Assembly: GCA_963755915.1 (NCBI GenBank)
Contig: CAVWLP010000002.1
Span: 2,176,001 to 2,240,000, forward strand
DNA length: 64,000 nucleotides
Source of the DNA: an uncultured Phycisphaerales bacterium
GTDB lineage: Bacteria > Planctomycetota > Phycisphaerae > Tepidisphaerales > Tepidisphaeraceae
Direction of reading: 5' to 3'
The notes beneath the pieces are model-generated. The model did no database searches. It was not told the DNA's origin and was given only the letters and a program-made list of their open reading frames with translations. Made by a program: the position numbers and the translations under genes. Below, piece after piece: positions 39,587-50,650 of the stretch (its first letter is position 1; the number at the start of each line of letters is the position of its first letter).

Positions 39587-40780
39587 ATGACGGCAATCCA
39601 GGACCAGCCTGAAACATCCCACGGCCCCCTGTCACGCGAAGGCGATGAGGTGAACCATTCGCGCCTGGGCCACATCCCCGCCCTCGACGGCGTCCGCGGC
39701 GTGGCGATCCTGCTCGTGCTCATCAACCACTTCTCGCCAGAGAAGGATTACGGGAACATACTCGCGAAGATCTTTCAGCCGATCACCGGCAACATGGTCG
39801 TTGGGGTCGATCTGTTTTTCGTGTTGTCGGGGTTTCTGATCACGGGAATATTGCTTCGGTCTCGGTCGTCGGAGCATTATTTTCGGAATTTCTATTCGCG
39901 CCGGGCGCTGCGGATTTTTCCGCTTTATTATTTCGTGCTGATTTTGCTGTTGATCGGATTGCACACGATTCCGTCGTGGGAGAAGCTGACGACGCTTCGG
40001 GATGCTTGGCCGTGGTATTGGTTTTACGGAACGAATTACCTGATCTGCCGGACGGGGTTTACGTTTCTGGATCATGCCCAGGTTTCGCTGGGGCATTTCT
40101 GGTCGCTGGCGGTGGAGGAGCATTTTTATCTTTTCTGGCCGCTGATGGTCTGGCTGCTGTCGGATCGGGGGCTGGTGCGGCTGTGCGTTGCGCTGATCGT
40201 GATCGCGCCGATCTGCCGGGCGTATGCGGTGGTTTCGGGGGAGAATCCGCTGGTGCCGTACGTGGCGACGCAGTGCCGGATGGATTGCCTGGCGCTGGGG
40301 GCGCTGCTGGCGGTGCTGATTCAGCGGCGGTCGGCGCGGGAGCTTCTGGGAAGGTTTAAGTGGGTTGGATTGTTTTCGACGGCGGCGGCGATCGTTTGTT
40401 TTGCGCTGGATGGACGGGTCGTCGGGTCGATTCATTTCGGTAAGCCGATCGCGGTGATCAGCTATACGTTCATCGCCTTCGCGTGGGCGGCGTTTTTGCT
40501 GCTCTCGCTGCAAACTGCCGGGGTTGCCAATCGTGTTCTTTCACAGAGGTGGTTGCGGTTTTTCGGGGTTTACAGCTATGGGATGTATATCTATCACCGG
40601 CTCATTCTCAACACGCTGACGACCTGGTTCTCGATGCGAAGGATGGCGTGGCATGGGCATATCTGGACGGCCGTCATTCCGCATTATGTGCTGTGCCTGG
40701 CGGCGACGTCGCTGATCGCGTTTGCGAGCTATCACCTGTTTGAGAAGCACTTTTTGAAGCTGAAGCGGTTTTTTGGTTGA
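39587..40780 (+). CDS. Acyltransferase family 3 (OafA-like)
   Basis: LDGVRGVA, GVDLFFVLSGFLIT, RRALRIFP, WSLAVEEHFY. Confidence 0.9.
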   Translation: MTAIQDQPETSHGPLSREGDEVNHSRLGHIPALDGVRGVAILLVLINHFSPEKDYGNILAKIFQPITGNMVVGVDLFFVLSGFLITGILLRSRSSEHYFRNFYSRRALRIFPLYYFVLILLLIGLHTIPSWEKLTTLRDAWPWYWFYGTNYLICRTGFTFLDHAQVSLGHFWSLAVEEHFYLFWPLMVWLLSDRGLVRLCVALIVIAPICRAYAVVSGENPLVPYVATQCRMDCLALGALLAVLIQRRSARELLGRFKWVGLFSTAAAIVCFALDGRVVGSIHFGKPIAVISYTFIAFAWAAFLLLSLQTAGVANRVLSQRWLRFFGVYSYGMYIYHRLILNTLTTWFSMRRMAWHGHIWTAVIPHYVLCLAATSLIAFASYHLFEKHFLKLKRFFG

Positions 40781-40882
40781 GGGCTGGTGCGACTCGCGCG
40801 GAGCAGAAAGCGCACCCCTGTATAAGCAGTCGCTTCGCTTGGGGGGGGTGCGGCTAAACGGGGGCGACGGTGTCTGGCGACT

Positions 40883-42100
40883 TCACTTCATTTCATCAAG
40901 CGATCCGACTTTCGGTAGGTCGCCGACGAGGGGCTTGACGTACTGGATGAAGGCATCGGTTACGTTGTTGCCGTCGGCGATGAAGGAGGGATCCAGATGC
41001 TTGGTTTCCTTGGCCACCGTGGCCAGGGGAGTGAGGAAGGTGTCGATGCTGTAGGCGTTTCCGGGGTGGCGTTTCATGGCGACGCTGCCTTCGGTTTCGC
41101 CTTGCGAGCTGTACTTGACGGCCATGCGGCCGACGCGGCGGGCTTCCTGGGCGTCGACGGTGCTGACGAATCCGGGGAAGCTGCGCTGGAGATAGCCGAA
41201 GGTGTCGGCGCGGACGCGGAGTTTTTTGCCGCCGGGGGACTGGACTTTGCGTTTGATGAGGTCGGCCAGGAAGTCGCCTAGCGCGCCGGTGCCGGAGAGC
41301 TGGACGTTTCCGTGGCTGTCGCGGTCGAGGGTGTCGGCCATGGCTTCGGTCCAGGTGGTTCCGTCGGGGCGGACGATGCCTTCGCTGGCGGCGATGAGGC
41401 ATCGGCCCAGCTTGGAATAGACGCGCTCGACGTCGGCGATGAATTTCTGCTCGCTCAGCGGGGCTTCGGGGACGTAAATGAGATGCGGGCCGTCGTCGCC
41501 GGCGTGACGCGCCAGCGCGCAGGCGGCGGTGAGGAAACCGGCGTTGCGGCCCATGATGATGTCGACTTTTACACCGGGGAGGGATTTGTTGTCGTAATTG
41601 TCGCCGATCATGGCGGCGGCGACGAACTTGGCAGCGGAGCCGTAACCGGGCGTGTGATCGTGGACGCGGAGGTCGTTGTCGATGGTCTTGGGGACGTGGA
41701 AGACGCGGAGCTCGTATTTTTCCTTTTTCGCCAGCTCGGAAACGATGCGGGCGGTGTCGGCGGAGTCGTTGCCGCCGATGTAAAAAAAGTAGCGGACGTT
41801 ATTTTTTGAAAACGAGCGGAAGATTTTTTCGCAGTAGGCGGCATCGGGCTTGTCGCGGGTGGAGCCGAGGGCGGCGGCGGGGGTGTTGGCGACGCGTTCG
41901 AGAAGTTCGCCACTGGCTTTTTTCAGGTCGATGAATTTCTCATCGACGATTCCTCTCACGCCGTGGCGGGCCCCGAGGAGCTGGTCGATGTGGCCGCATT
42001 CCTTGACGCCCTGGATGACGCCGACGAGGGATTGGTTGATGACGGCGGTGGGTCCGCCGGATTGTCCGACGACGGCGTTTCCTTTTAGTTGGGTGCTCAT
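40883..42100 (-). CDS. 6-phosphofructokinase (probably PPi-dependent type)
   Basis: QSGGPTAVIN, IGGNDS, PKTIDND, MGRNAG. Confidence 0.88.
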   Translation of the reverse strand: MSTQLKGNAVVGQSGGPTAVINQSLVGVIQGVKECGHIDQLLGARHGVRGIVDEKFIDLKKASGELLERVANTPAAALGSTRDKPDAAYCEKIFRSFSKNNVRYFFYIGGNDSADTARIVSELAKKEKYELRVFHVPKTIDNDLRVHDHTPGYGSAAKFVAAAMIGDNYDNKSLPGVKVDIIMGRNAGFLTAACALARHAGDDGPHLIYVPEAPLSEQKFIADVERVYSKLGRCLIAASEGIVRPDGTTWTEAMADTLDRDSHGNVQLSGTGALGDFLADLIKRKVQSPGGKKLRVRADTFGYLQRSFPGFVSTVDAQEARRVGRMAVKYSSQGETEGSVAMKRHPGNAYSIDTFLTPLATVAKETKHLDPSFIADGNNVTDAFIQYVKPLVGDLPKVGSLDEMK

Positions 42101-42416
42101 ATGGCCTCCGGGAAAATTCGGGATTGGTTGATGGGGCGATGATAGAACTTCGCGCCCAAGGTTCAAGCATTTACCCCATACGCCCCAACCCGGCCTGCCG
42201 ACTTCAGTCGGCAGGTGATTCTCCTTCCCTAACGCCCTTCACCTCCCCGCCCATATCAATTTCTTTTCAATCTCACCCCCCCAAAAATAATTCCGCCCGG
42301 ATTTTTCCAAAAATAGGTACAAAACGTGCACCTTTGGACCTGTATATAGAGCCCTGATGTTTTCTCTGCCTCTACTCTCAACTTTCTATTATCTACCTAC
42401 TAACCCGGAGGGTTCC

Positions 42417-42947
42417 ATGTCACCCGATCCCGATTCTCAAATCTCAAACTTCAAATTCGAAATCTCAAGCTTCGATTCCGAACTCTCCAATCCCGAACCC
42501 CAAATCCCCGCTCCCCGCCCCCCAACTTCCCTCGACCTCCCCATCTCCTCCATCCCCCAAAAAAGTGGGGAATTTTGGGGAAATCTGGGGAATGCCCGAT
42601 CCTTCGATCTCTCCGAACGTCAGTTGCTCGCCATCGATCACACCCTCCGCGGCGTAAACGACTCCCGCATCGCCGAAATCCTCGACATCGATCGCAAGAC
42701 CCTCTGGAATTGGAAAACCTTCAACGAGGACTACCGCCGCGCCCTCGCGGAAGGCCGCGCCGCCCTCCACGCCGCCGTCATCGATCAGCTCCAGGCCACC
42801 GCCGCAAAGGCCCTCACTGCCGTTGACGATCTTCTCGACGACTCCGACGAGCAAACCCGCCTCCGCGCCGCCCAAATCACCCTGCGCCCGCTGCCTCCCT
42901 CAAACCGGTCCTTCCCGACCACCAATACCACTCCGCCCAATCGCTGA
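42417..42947 (+). CDS. HTH-containing hypothetical protein
   Basis: LSERQLLAI...IAEILDIDRKTLWNWK...RLRAA. Confidence 0.55.
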   Translation: MSPDPDSQISNFKFEISSFDSELSNPEPQIPAPRPPTSLDLPISSIPQKSGEFWGNLGNARSFDLSERQLLAIDHTLRGVNDSRIAEILDIDRKTLWNWKTFNEDYRRALAEGRAALHAAVIDQLQATAAKALTAVDDLLDDSDEQTRLRAAQITLRPLPPSNRSFPTTNTTPPNR

Positions 42948-43118
42948 AAGTCGGAATTATCGCCACAACCCCCGAACCCTGAGATCCCCTCGGCATTTGC
43001 TTAACCGCAACCCCCCAAAGCGCAGCGCCAACTCGTGTTGCGGTGCGCGTTCCGGCGCTCAGAGAATCGTGGACAAACCCTTTTTTGTCTTACGGACATC
43101 AAACCCCGACACTCTCCC

Positions 43119-43751
43119 TCACTTCAGCGAGCATCCCACCATCATCGCCATCCGCCGCCCAATCTCTCCCGGAAGCTCCCCATCTGCCGTCGATAAGCGA
43201 CACCGAATCGGCCAACCCTTCACCCTGTAGATGACTAAATCAGCGACCGTTTTTTTTCGGCTGAAGTGAAAGCGGTAAACCTTTAGCCGAATCTCTTTGA
43301 TGTCGCCCGCCCCAACCCGCCGCTCACACATTTGGAGCCAGCCCGGTTTCCTGTCGGTTATTCCTTCCCGATTTACGATCAGCTCCCGTGGTTCTCCAGC
43401 GAACTTTCGGAAACGCCACCAGTCGAACGCGGCGATCACCGTCCAGAACGCAACCGCCAGACCCGTCGCGCCAAAAATCTCAAGGCCGAATCGCAGGATC
43501 AGCTCGTGCAGAGCGGTTGGCGGTCCGAAAACTCGCATCGACGATACCCTCCAAACCATTAATAGAATCCAGATTGCCGTTACGAGTTTGCAGCACGCAA
43601 AAAAGAGCGGGGCGACGATGTCCAGGACCCACATCCATGTTGGCTTAACCGGAAAAATCACGCGAAAAGCGTCGGCGTTTTGCTCCAGCCGCAGGGCGTG
43701 GATGTCGTTGGTGTGTGTGGCGTATTCGATGACGCGATCGGGTTCCGCCAT
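43119..43751 (-). CDS. Hypothetical membrane protein
   Basis: VIEYA start motif and two TM segments. Confidence 0.55.
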   Translation of the reverse strand: MAEPDRVIEYATHTNDIHALRLEQNADAFRVIFPVKPTWMWVLDIVAPLFFACCKLVTAIWILLMVWRVSSMRVFGPPTALHELILRFGLEIFGATGLAVAFWTVIAAFDWWRFRKFAGEPRELIVNREGITDRKPGWLQMCERRVGAGDIKEIRLKVYRFHFSRKKTVADLVIYRVKGWPIRCRLSTADGELPGEIGRRMAMMVGCSLK

Positions 43752-43755
43752 ATTT

Positions 43756-45026
43756 TTAGATTACCCGGGCGGCGACGAGGGTGCGGTCGTCATCGGCGGG
43801 GGCGGGGCCGGTGAAGGCGGCTAGATCGGCGAGGACGTTTTTGAGCTTTTCCTGGGCGGATTTGGCGGGTTTTAGGATGGCGGCGTCGAGGCGTTCGATG
43901 CCGAACATGTCGCGGGCGGGGTTTCGGGCTTCGGTGATGCCATCCGTATAGAACAGCAGGTCGTCGCCGGTTTTTAGGATCAGTTTTTTCTCGGCGTATT
44001 TTTCATCTTTCACGCCCATTCCCAAGGGGAGGCCACCGACGCCGTCGAGGGGTTCGATTATTCCGGGCGCATGAACCTTGGGGGGTTGTGACCGGCGCGG
44101 GAGTAGGTGAGGGAGCGATCGCGGGGGTCGTAGATGCCGTAGAAAGCGGTGACGAAGGAGCGGCGGTCGTTGGTGTATTTGTCGGAAAGCTGGCGATCGA
44201 CGAAAGAGAGGAGATTTCCGGGGGGCTCGCCGGTGCCGGGGTGGAGATGGGCGATGGCGTGGGTGACGGCCATGATGACGGCGGCGGGTGTTCCGTGGCC
44301 GGAGACGTCGGCGATGAGAAGGCCCCAGCGGCCGTCGCCGCAATCGAAGACGTCGTAGTAATCTCCGCCGGTGCGCTGGCTGGTCTGGTAGTCGGCGGCG
44401 AGCTGTAGGCCGTCGATTTTGGGTAATTGCGAGGGGAGGAGAGATCGCTGCATTTCGCCGACTTTGTCGAGCTCGTTGTCGAGTGAGGCGAGGGCTTCGC
44501 TGAGCTCGCGGCGGAGGGCGAGGTTGAGGGTTCCGCGGCCCCAGAGGTTTGCCTGCCACATGAGGGTGGGATAGCGCTCGGTGGAGAATTGAGAGGGGTC
44601 GTTGAAAAACTGGACGAGCATGTTCTGAGCGATGCCCTCGTCGTACATGGGGAGGGTGATGAGCATTTTCATGCCCTTGAGATATTCGTAGCCGGGATCA
44701 TCGGACTTGAGGCGGGAGGGGAGATCGTAGATGAGCTGGGGTTCTTCGCTGTAGATCAGTTCACCGAGGAGGCCGCCTTTGAGGCGGGGGAGGCGATCGC
44801 GCTGGCGCCAGGGGTCGATCTCCTCGTCCCAGGTGGAGCTTCGGGTGATGAGGTATTCACCCGGGGGCATTCCGCGGCGGCTGACGGAAACCCATCGGTC
44901 GGCGGGGAACATTTTCCGGACGCGAGCGATGTAGTATTGGGCGGCTTTTTGGGGGTCGGTTTCGCGGCTTAGCCCGCGCATGAGGTCGACCACGGTTTTC
45001 ATCTGGGTTTGCCAGTCGCCGGTCAT
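43756..45026 (-). CDS. PP2C/SpoIIE (RsbU-like) phosphatase, frameshift near 44075
   Basis: GGDYYD, ADVSGHG, AGHNPP, then YTDGITEA and DDRTLV in the second frame. Confidence 0.88.
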
Positions 45027-45209
45027 GTTTGAGTTTATTCCTGTAGGGGGCGGTTAGTCGATTGTCAATTGGAATAATAAACTGGGGAGGGGGGAAGAAG
45101 AAAATTTAACCGCGGGTTTCGCGGATGGGCGCGGATAAGAAAGAATTGATTTTTATCCGTGAAATCCGTGGTTTTGGCATTGAGTCGCGAGAGTTCCGGC
45201 TTTTTTTTT

Positions 45210-45251
45210 GGCCCTCACCCCTGCCCTCTCCCGGAGTACCGGGCGAGGGGG
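45210..45251. repeat. REP-like palindrome family A copy
   Basis: GGCCCTCACCCCTGCCCTCTCCCGGAGTACCGGGCGAGGGGG. Confidence 0.75.
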
Positions 45252-45263
45252 TAAAGGTGCGGG

Positions 45264-46610
45264 CTACCGGCCCAACAATTCCCTCTCCACAAACCCGGTA
45301 TCCACTTCTCCCCTCGCGAAATTCTGGTTGTGGAGGATTTGGAGCTGGAGGGGAATGGTGGTCTTGACGGGGGAGACGTGGAACTCGCCCAAGGCGCGTT
45401 TCATGGTGGCGATGGCCTGGGCGCGGGTGGGGCGGTGGACGATGAGCTTGCCAATCATGCTGTCGTAGTTTGGGGGAATGCGGTAGCCGGCGTAGACGTG
45501 GCTGTCGATGCGGACGCCGGGGCCGCCGGGGAGGCGGAGTTCTTCGATCAGGCCGGGGGAGGGGGCGAAATTTCGCTGGGGGTCTTCGGCGTTAATCCGG
45601 CATTCGATGGCGTGGCCAATGCGGGGGATGTCTTTTTGCTTGACGCTGAGCGGCAAGCCGGCGGCGACGCGGATTTGCTCTTTGATCAGATCGACGCCGG
45701 TGATTTGCTCGGTGACGGGGTGCTCGACTTGAATGCGGGCGTTGACTTCTAAGAGATAGAAATTCTGGTCTTCATCTACCAGGAATTCGACGGTGCCGGC
45801 GTTGACGTAGCCAGCGGCTTTGACCAATCGGACGGCGGCTTCGCAGAGCTTTTCGCGGACGTCGTGCTTGAGGGCGGGGCTGGGGGATTCTTCGAGGAGT
45901 TTCTGGTGGCGGCGCTGCATGGAGCAGTCGCGTTCCCAGAGATGGACGGTGTTGCCGTGCTGGTCGGCCATGATCTGAACTTCGACGTGGCGGCCGAATT
46001 CGACGTATTTTTCGATGTAGACGGTGGAATCCTTGAAGGCGTTTTCGGCCTCGGCCTGGGCTTGCTTGAAGCCGGCCTGGAGGGAGACGTCGTTGTGGGC
46101 GGCGCGCATTCCGCGGCCCCCGCCGCCGGCGGCGGCTTTGATGATGACGGGATATCCGATCTGGGCGGCGATTTTGAGGGCGGTTTTTTCGTCGTCGACG
46201 GCGCCTTCGCTGCCGGGGACGGTGGGGACCTTGGCTTTTTTGGCGAGCTTTTTGCAGGCGACTTTGTCGCCGACGGCGGCCATGGCGCTGACGGGAGGGC
46301 CGATGAATTCGATCTTGCAGCTTCGGCAGATTTCGGCGAAGTGATCGTTTTCGGCGAGGAAACCGTAGCCGGGATGGATGGCCTGCACGTCGGCGATTTC
46401 GGCGGCGGAGATGATGGCAGGGATATTGAGATAGCTTTCGGCGGGGGGGGCGTCGCCGATGCAGATTGCTTGATCCGCGAGGCGAAGATAGGCGGCGTCT
46501 TTGTCGGCGGTGGAATAGACGGCGGCGGTTTGGACGCCCATCTCGCGGCAGGCGCGGATGATCCGCAGGGCAATCTCACCGCGGTTGGCAATGAGGATCT
46601 TGGAAAACAT
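45264..46610 (-). CDS. accC: Biotin carboxylase
   Basis: [40 protein letters not shown]. Confidence 0.95.
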   Translation of the reverse strand: MFSKILIANRGEIALRIIRACREMGVQTAAVYSTADKDAAYLRLADQAICIGDAPPAESYLNIPAIISAAEIADVQAIHPGYGFLAENDHFAEICRSCKIEFIGPPVSAMAAVGDKVACKKLAKKAKVPTVPGSEGAVDDEKTALKIAAQIGYPVIIKAAAGGGGRGMRAAHNDVSLQAGFKQAQAEAENAFKDSTVYIEKYVEFGRHVEVQIMADQHGNTVHLWERDCSMQRRHQKLLEESPSPALKHDVREKLCEAAVRLVKAAGYVNAGTVEFLVDEDQNFYLLEVNARIQVEHPVTEQITGVDLIKEQIRVAAGLPLSVKQKDIPRIGHAIECRINAEDPQRNFAPSPGLIEELRLPGGPGVRIDSHVYAGYRIPPNYDSMIGKLIVHRPTRAQAIATMKRALGEFHVSPVKTTIPLQLQILHNQNFARGEVDTGFVERELLGR

Positions 46611-46612
46611 TT

Positions 46613-47071
46613 TTAATTCGTTCCCGCGGTTACGGCCGGCCGCAGATGGCTCAGGTGATGGGCACAGTGAATCAGGTGCAGGCGGATGAAATCTTCATGG
46701 CCGACGTTTCCGAGCATTCGATGGGGGGCGAAATCGCCCTTGAACTGCTTTAATTCTTCGAGGGCGGTGAGGAAATCATCGATGGCGCTTTCGGGTACGT
46801 CCGGGGGGGGAACCACGTGCTCCGGGGATTTGATGCCGGAGGGGATTCGACCGGCCATCAGGATTGCGCGGAGTTGCATTTTTTTGACGATTCCGGTTTC
46901 GACTGGGTCATGGGGGCCTGGCCGCATTGAGGAACGGAGGGCCTTGGCGAGGTGCCAGCAGATTTGTTGGAGGGACCAGTTTCCGGATTGGGAATAGCCT
47001 TCGTGGAGAAGGCGAACGTCGGCGGCGACGGCATCCGCGTTGGCGAATTTTAGGGGCCGCTTGTTGCTCAC
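46613..47071 (-). CDS. DUF1569 / DinB-like fold protein
   Basis: [12 protein letters not shown]...HRMLG...[12 protein letters not shown]. Confidence 0.75.
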   Translation of the reverse strand: MSNKRPLKFANADAVAADVRLLHEGYSQSGNWSLQQICWHLAKALRSSMRPGPHDPVETGIVKKMQLRAILMAGRIPSGIKSPEHVVPPPDVPESAIDDFLTALEELKQFKGDFAPHRMLGNVGHEDFIRLHLIHCAHHLSHLRPAVTAGTN

Positions 47072-47520
47072 GGCTTAACGAGGAAAAGGACTTGCCCAAA
47101 CTCGACGACCTGGCCGTTGGTGACCATGATTTTGGCGATGGTGCCGGAGCATTCGGCTTTGACGTTGTTGAAGACCTTCATGGCTTCGATGACGCAGACA
47201 TCGGTGTCGTCGGTGATTTTGGAGCCGACGGATACGAAGGCCTTGGCATCGGGGCTGGGTGCGGAATAAAAAGTTCCGACCATGGGGCTTTTGATTTCGC
47301 GAAGGTTTTCTTTCTCATTTTCGTCGATGGAAGATGAGACTTTAGGCGCGTGGGCGGCGGGCATGGCCGACATTCCCATTTGCGGCGAGAGGGTCTGGAC
47401 CACGCCACCGGCGGGTCCGCGCTGCAGGGTGACGCGGAGGTCGCCGTCGCGGAGGTCGACCACGGTGAGATCGTTGGCTTGCATCAGCTTGACGATGCGC
47501 TCGAGGAGGGAGAGGTCCAT
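47068..47520 (-). CDS. accB: Biotin carboxyl carrier protein
   Basis: SPMVGTFY, EAMKVFN. Confidence 0.93.
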   Translation of the reverse strand: MDLSLLERIVKLMQANDLTVVDLRDGDLRVTLQRGPAGGVVQTLSPQMGMSAMPAAHAPKVSSSIDENEKENLREIKSPMVGTFYSAPSPDAKAFVSVGSKITDDTDVCVIEAMKVFNNVKAECSGTIAKIMVTNGQVVEFGQVLFLVKP

Positions 47521-47584
47521 GGGTCCTGTGGATTTCCCTGGGGATTTGAGCCTAGGAGGGGCGGGCTTCTTGGGTCGGGATTTT

Positions 47585-48715
47585 TCACTCAATGTGGCAA
47601 CCCTCGAAAGTCTTATCGAGCGTGGTGATGACTTCGCATCCGCTGTGGGTGATGAGAACGTCGTCCTCAATGCGGACACCACCGACGCCGGGGAGATAGA
47701 TACCGGGTTCGACGGTGATAATCATACCGGGTCGGAGCTCTTCGTCGCCGCCGGTTTTGCGCATGGTGGGGAGTTCGTGAATTTCGCGTCCGATGCCATG
47801 GCCGAGGCCGTGGCCGAAGAAATCTTTATATCCAGCGTTGTCGATAACATCACGGGCGACCTTGTCGGCTTTTTGGGTGGTGACGCCGGGGCGGAGGAAG
47901 TCGATGGCGGACAATTGGGCTTCCAGGACGATTTTATAGATCTCTTTCAATTTGGGAGCGACTCGGCCGAGCATCATGGTTCGGGTGATGTCGCTGCAAT
48001 AGCCTTCGTAGAGGGCGCCCCAGTCGAAGAGGAGGGGCTGGTCTTCGCGCACCAGGGCGTCGGCGGGGCGATAGTGGCACAAGCTACTGTTGGGGCCGGC
48101 GCCGATGATGACGGGGAAGGAGGCGTCGCTGGCGCCGCGGCTGCGAATCTCGAAAATCAGCAGGCCGGCGTAATAGTTTTCGGTCTGGCCGACCTTGATG
48201 TCTTCGCGGACGGCGGTGAAGGCCTCTTCGGCGATAGCGGCGGCCTTGCGGATGAGGGCGATTTCGTGGTCATCCTTTACCTTGCGGATGTTGACCATCA
48301 GGTCTTCGACCGGGACGAGCTCGAGGACCTCTTTGCCGGCTTTTTCCTTAATGGCTTTATCGAGGGCGTGAATCTGGCCGAAGCTGGCGCGATTGGCCTC
48401 GAAACCGACGCGTTTTGCCTTCGATCCGAGGAGCGTTTCGGCCAGGGCGGTTTCCATCTTGCCGTCACGGATGACGGCCTTGAGCCAGCCGGCTTCGATC
48501 TGGGCCTGCTCTTTGTAGCGGAAGTCGGTGATGAGAATGAGGTCGCTGAGGGTGATAAGGGCGATGGAATCGTCGCCGGTGAAGTTGGTGAGATAAGCGA
48601 TGTCGGCGGGGAGGGTAAGGAGGAGGCCGTCGAGATTGAGCTTGGCCAAGGACTCGCGAACGGTTTTTTGCCGGACCTTGAGATATGCCTTGGGTTTACT
48701 AGCGACGGTGGTCAT
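47585..48715 (-). CDS. Xaa-Pro aminopeptidase (M24 family)
   Basis: DWGA..GYCSDITRT, HGLGHGIG..IHE, TVEPGIY, GVRIEDD. Confidence 0.92.
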   Translation of the reverse strand: MTTVASKPKAYLKVRQKTVRESLAKLNLDGLLLTLPADIAYLTNFTGDDSIALITLSDLILITDFRYKEQAQIEAGWLKAVIRDGKMETALAETLLGSKAKRVGFEANRASFGQIHALDKAIKEKAGKEVLELVPVEDLMVNIRKVKDDHEIALIRKAAAIAEEAFTAVREDIKVGQTENYYAGLLIFEIRSRGASDASFPVIIGAGPNSSLCHYRPADALVREDQPLLFDWGALYEGYCSDITRTMMLGRVAPKLKEIYKIVLEAQLSAIDFLRPGVTTQKADKVARDVIDNAGYKDFFGHGLGHGIGREIHELPTMRKTGGDEELRPGMIITVEPGIYLPGVGGVRIEDDVLITHSGCEVITTLDKTFEGCHIE

Positions 48716-48939
48716 TGAATTTGGCCCCGCCTGGTGAGGTGGGAGCGTGCGGAACGGTACTGGACTCATAGGCGGGTTGTCAACGAAACCGAATTCCAAG
48801 GGGGGGTAACATTTCATAAATTATGTGTCAAAACGGCATGGGAATATCCTTCCACGCCGCGAGTTTGTCAGCATTACAACAAACAAATCGGCTCAATCAA
48901 TGTTGACGACGCTGGGCGAATGTTAGTAAAAAGTTTGGC

Positions 48940-50156
48940 ATGATTGAAGGGATGAATTGGCTGTTCATCGACATGAATTCCTACTTTGCTTCGGTGGAAC
49001 AGCATCTGCGCCCGGAATTGCGCGAGCGGGCCATCGGGGTGATTCCGGTGGAATCGGAATACACCTCCATCATAGCGTGCAGCTACGACGCCAAACAGTG
49101 CGGTGTGAAAACCGGGACCAGCGTGCAGGATGCGCGGCGATTGTGTCCTGGGATCCTGCTGGTAAAGGCCCGGCCCGACGTTTATGTCCGCGTGCATCAC
49201 GCCATTCTACGAAGCATCGACCTCTGTGTTCCCATCCACAAGGTCTATTCGATCGACGAATGGGCGATCCAGCTATGGGGCGAGGAACAAAAAACCGCTC
49301 GGGCCCTCGCCCTTGGGCGGCAAATCAAGAATCAGCTTCTGAAGGATTTCGGTCCCTGCCTGACCTGCTCGATCGGCATTGCCCCCACGCGGTTGCTGGC
49401 AAAGATCGCCAGCGACCTACACAAGCCCGACGGATTGACGGCATTGAGCGTCAAGGAACTGCCCGATCGCCTCGACTCGTTTTCATTGGATGATCTTTGC
49501 GGAATAGGCCATGGCATGGTCGCGCGGCTTGAAGCCCAGGGAATTCACACGGTGCGCGACCTGTGGGCGATCAGCAAACGGGAGGCGATTGCAGTTTGGG
49601 GCTCCGTCACCGGGGGAAATTGGTGGGCTGGCTTTCACGGATACGATGAGCCGGAACTACCGACACGACGCCGTTCCATGAGCCATGCCAGCGTCCTCGA
49701 TCCCAAATTCCGAAATGAGGAAGGCGCTCACGGCATCATGGTGCGACTGCTTTGCAGATTGGGCGCCCGCCTGAGGCATGATGGGTACTTCGCCCAATGC
49801 CTGCGGGCGCATGTGAAGGATGTTCACGATAACTATTGGTTCCAGGAGGCCATGCTCCCCTGCGTGCAGGACACTCCGACTCTTTTGGCAAAATTCCACG
49901 TTCTCTGGCAACGCCGTGCGCCGGCGCCCCTCGCCCGATGAAAGTAGGCGTCGAAGTCGGCGGGCTCATTCCAGCCACACAGGTGTCAGAACCCCTTTTC
50001 GATGCTATCGAGAAACCCCGGCGTGTTTCCCAGACGGTTGACAAAATTAATCAGCGATGGGGCGCTTCGACCGTTTATTTTGGGCCGATGCACAATTTTC
50101 GTCATTCCATGGACGACAAGATCGCTTTTGGCAGAATTCCCCCCGTGACGCAGTGA
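48940..50156 (+). CDS. Y-family DNA polymerase (DinB-like), frameshift near 49930
   Basis: FIDMNSYFASVEQ, SYDAK, YSIDE, LAKIASD..KPDG; C-terminal VDKINQRWG..IAFGRIP in a second frame. Confidence 0.88.
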
Positions 50157-50177
50157 GCCGCATCCCGCCAGCCGTAA

Positions 50178-50481
50178 TTATTTTCCCTTCATTGCGTTTT
50201 CGGATGCTTCGGCGCTTGTTTTCCGGCGGTGCTTTTTGACGGCTATATCGAGGGCGTGAATCTGGCCGAAGCTGGCGCGATTGGCCTCGAAGCCGACGCG
50301 TTTTGCCTTCGATCCGAGGAGCGTTTCGGCCAGGGCGGTTTCCATCTTGCCGTCGCGGATGACTGCCTTGAGCCAGCCGGCTTCGATCTGGGCCTGCTCT
50401 TTGTAACGGAAGTCGGTGATGAGAATGAGGTCGCCGGGGGTGATGAGGGCGATGGAATCGTCGCCGATGAAGTTGGTGAGA
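50178..50481 (-). pseudogene. Chimeric duplicate: peptidase fragment fused to pdxA 3' end
   Basis: 50246-50481 is near-identical to 48358-48593; 50178-50251 resembles 53498-53571. Confidence 0.85.
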
Positions 50482-50650
50482 ATATGGCCGCGCCATAAGG
50501 CTCGCGGCAGTTGACACCGCTCAGGTTGCTGAGCACGGCGGTTCAACCTGCCGGTCCGATAACCAGGAAATGCTTAACGCGGTCATATCCATTTCAGCCT
50601 CCGTTTAACCAAGCCCGATTCAGCCCAACACAAGGTTAGGACCGCACACC

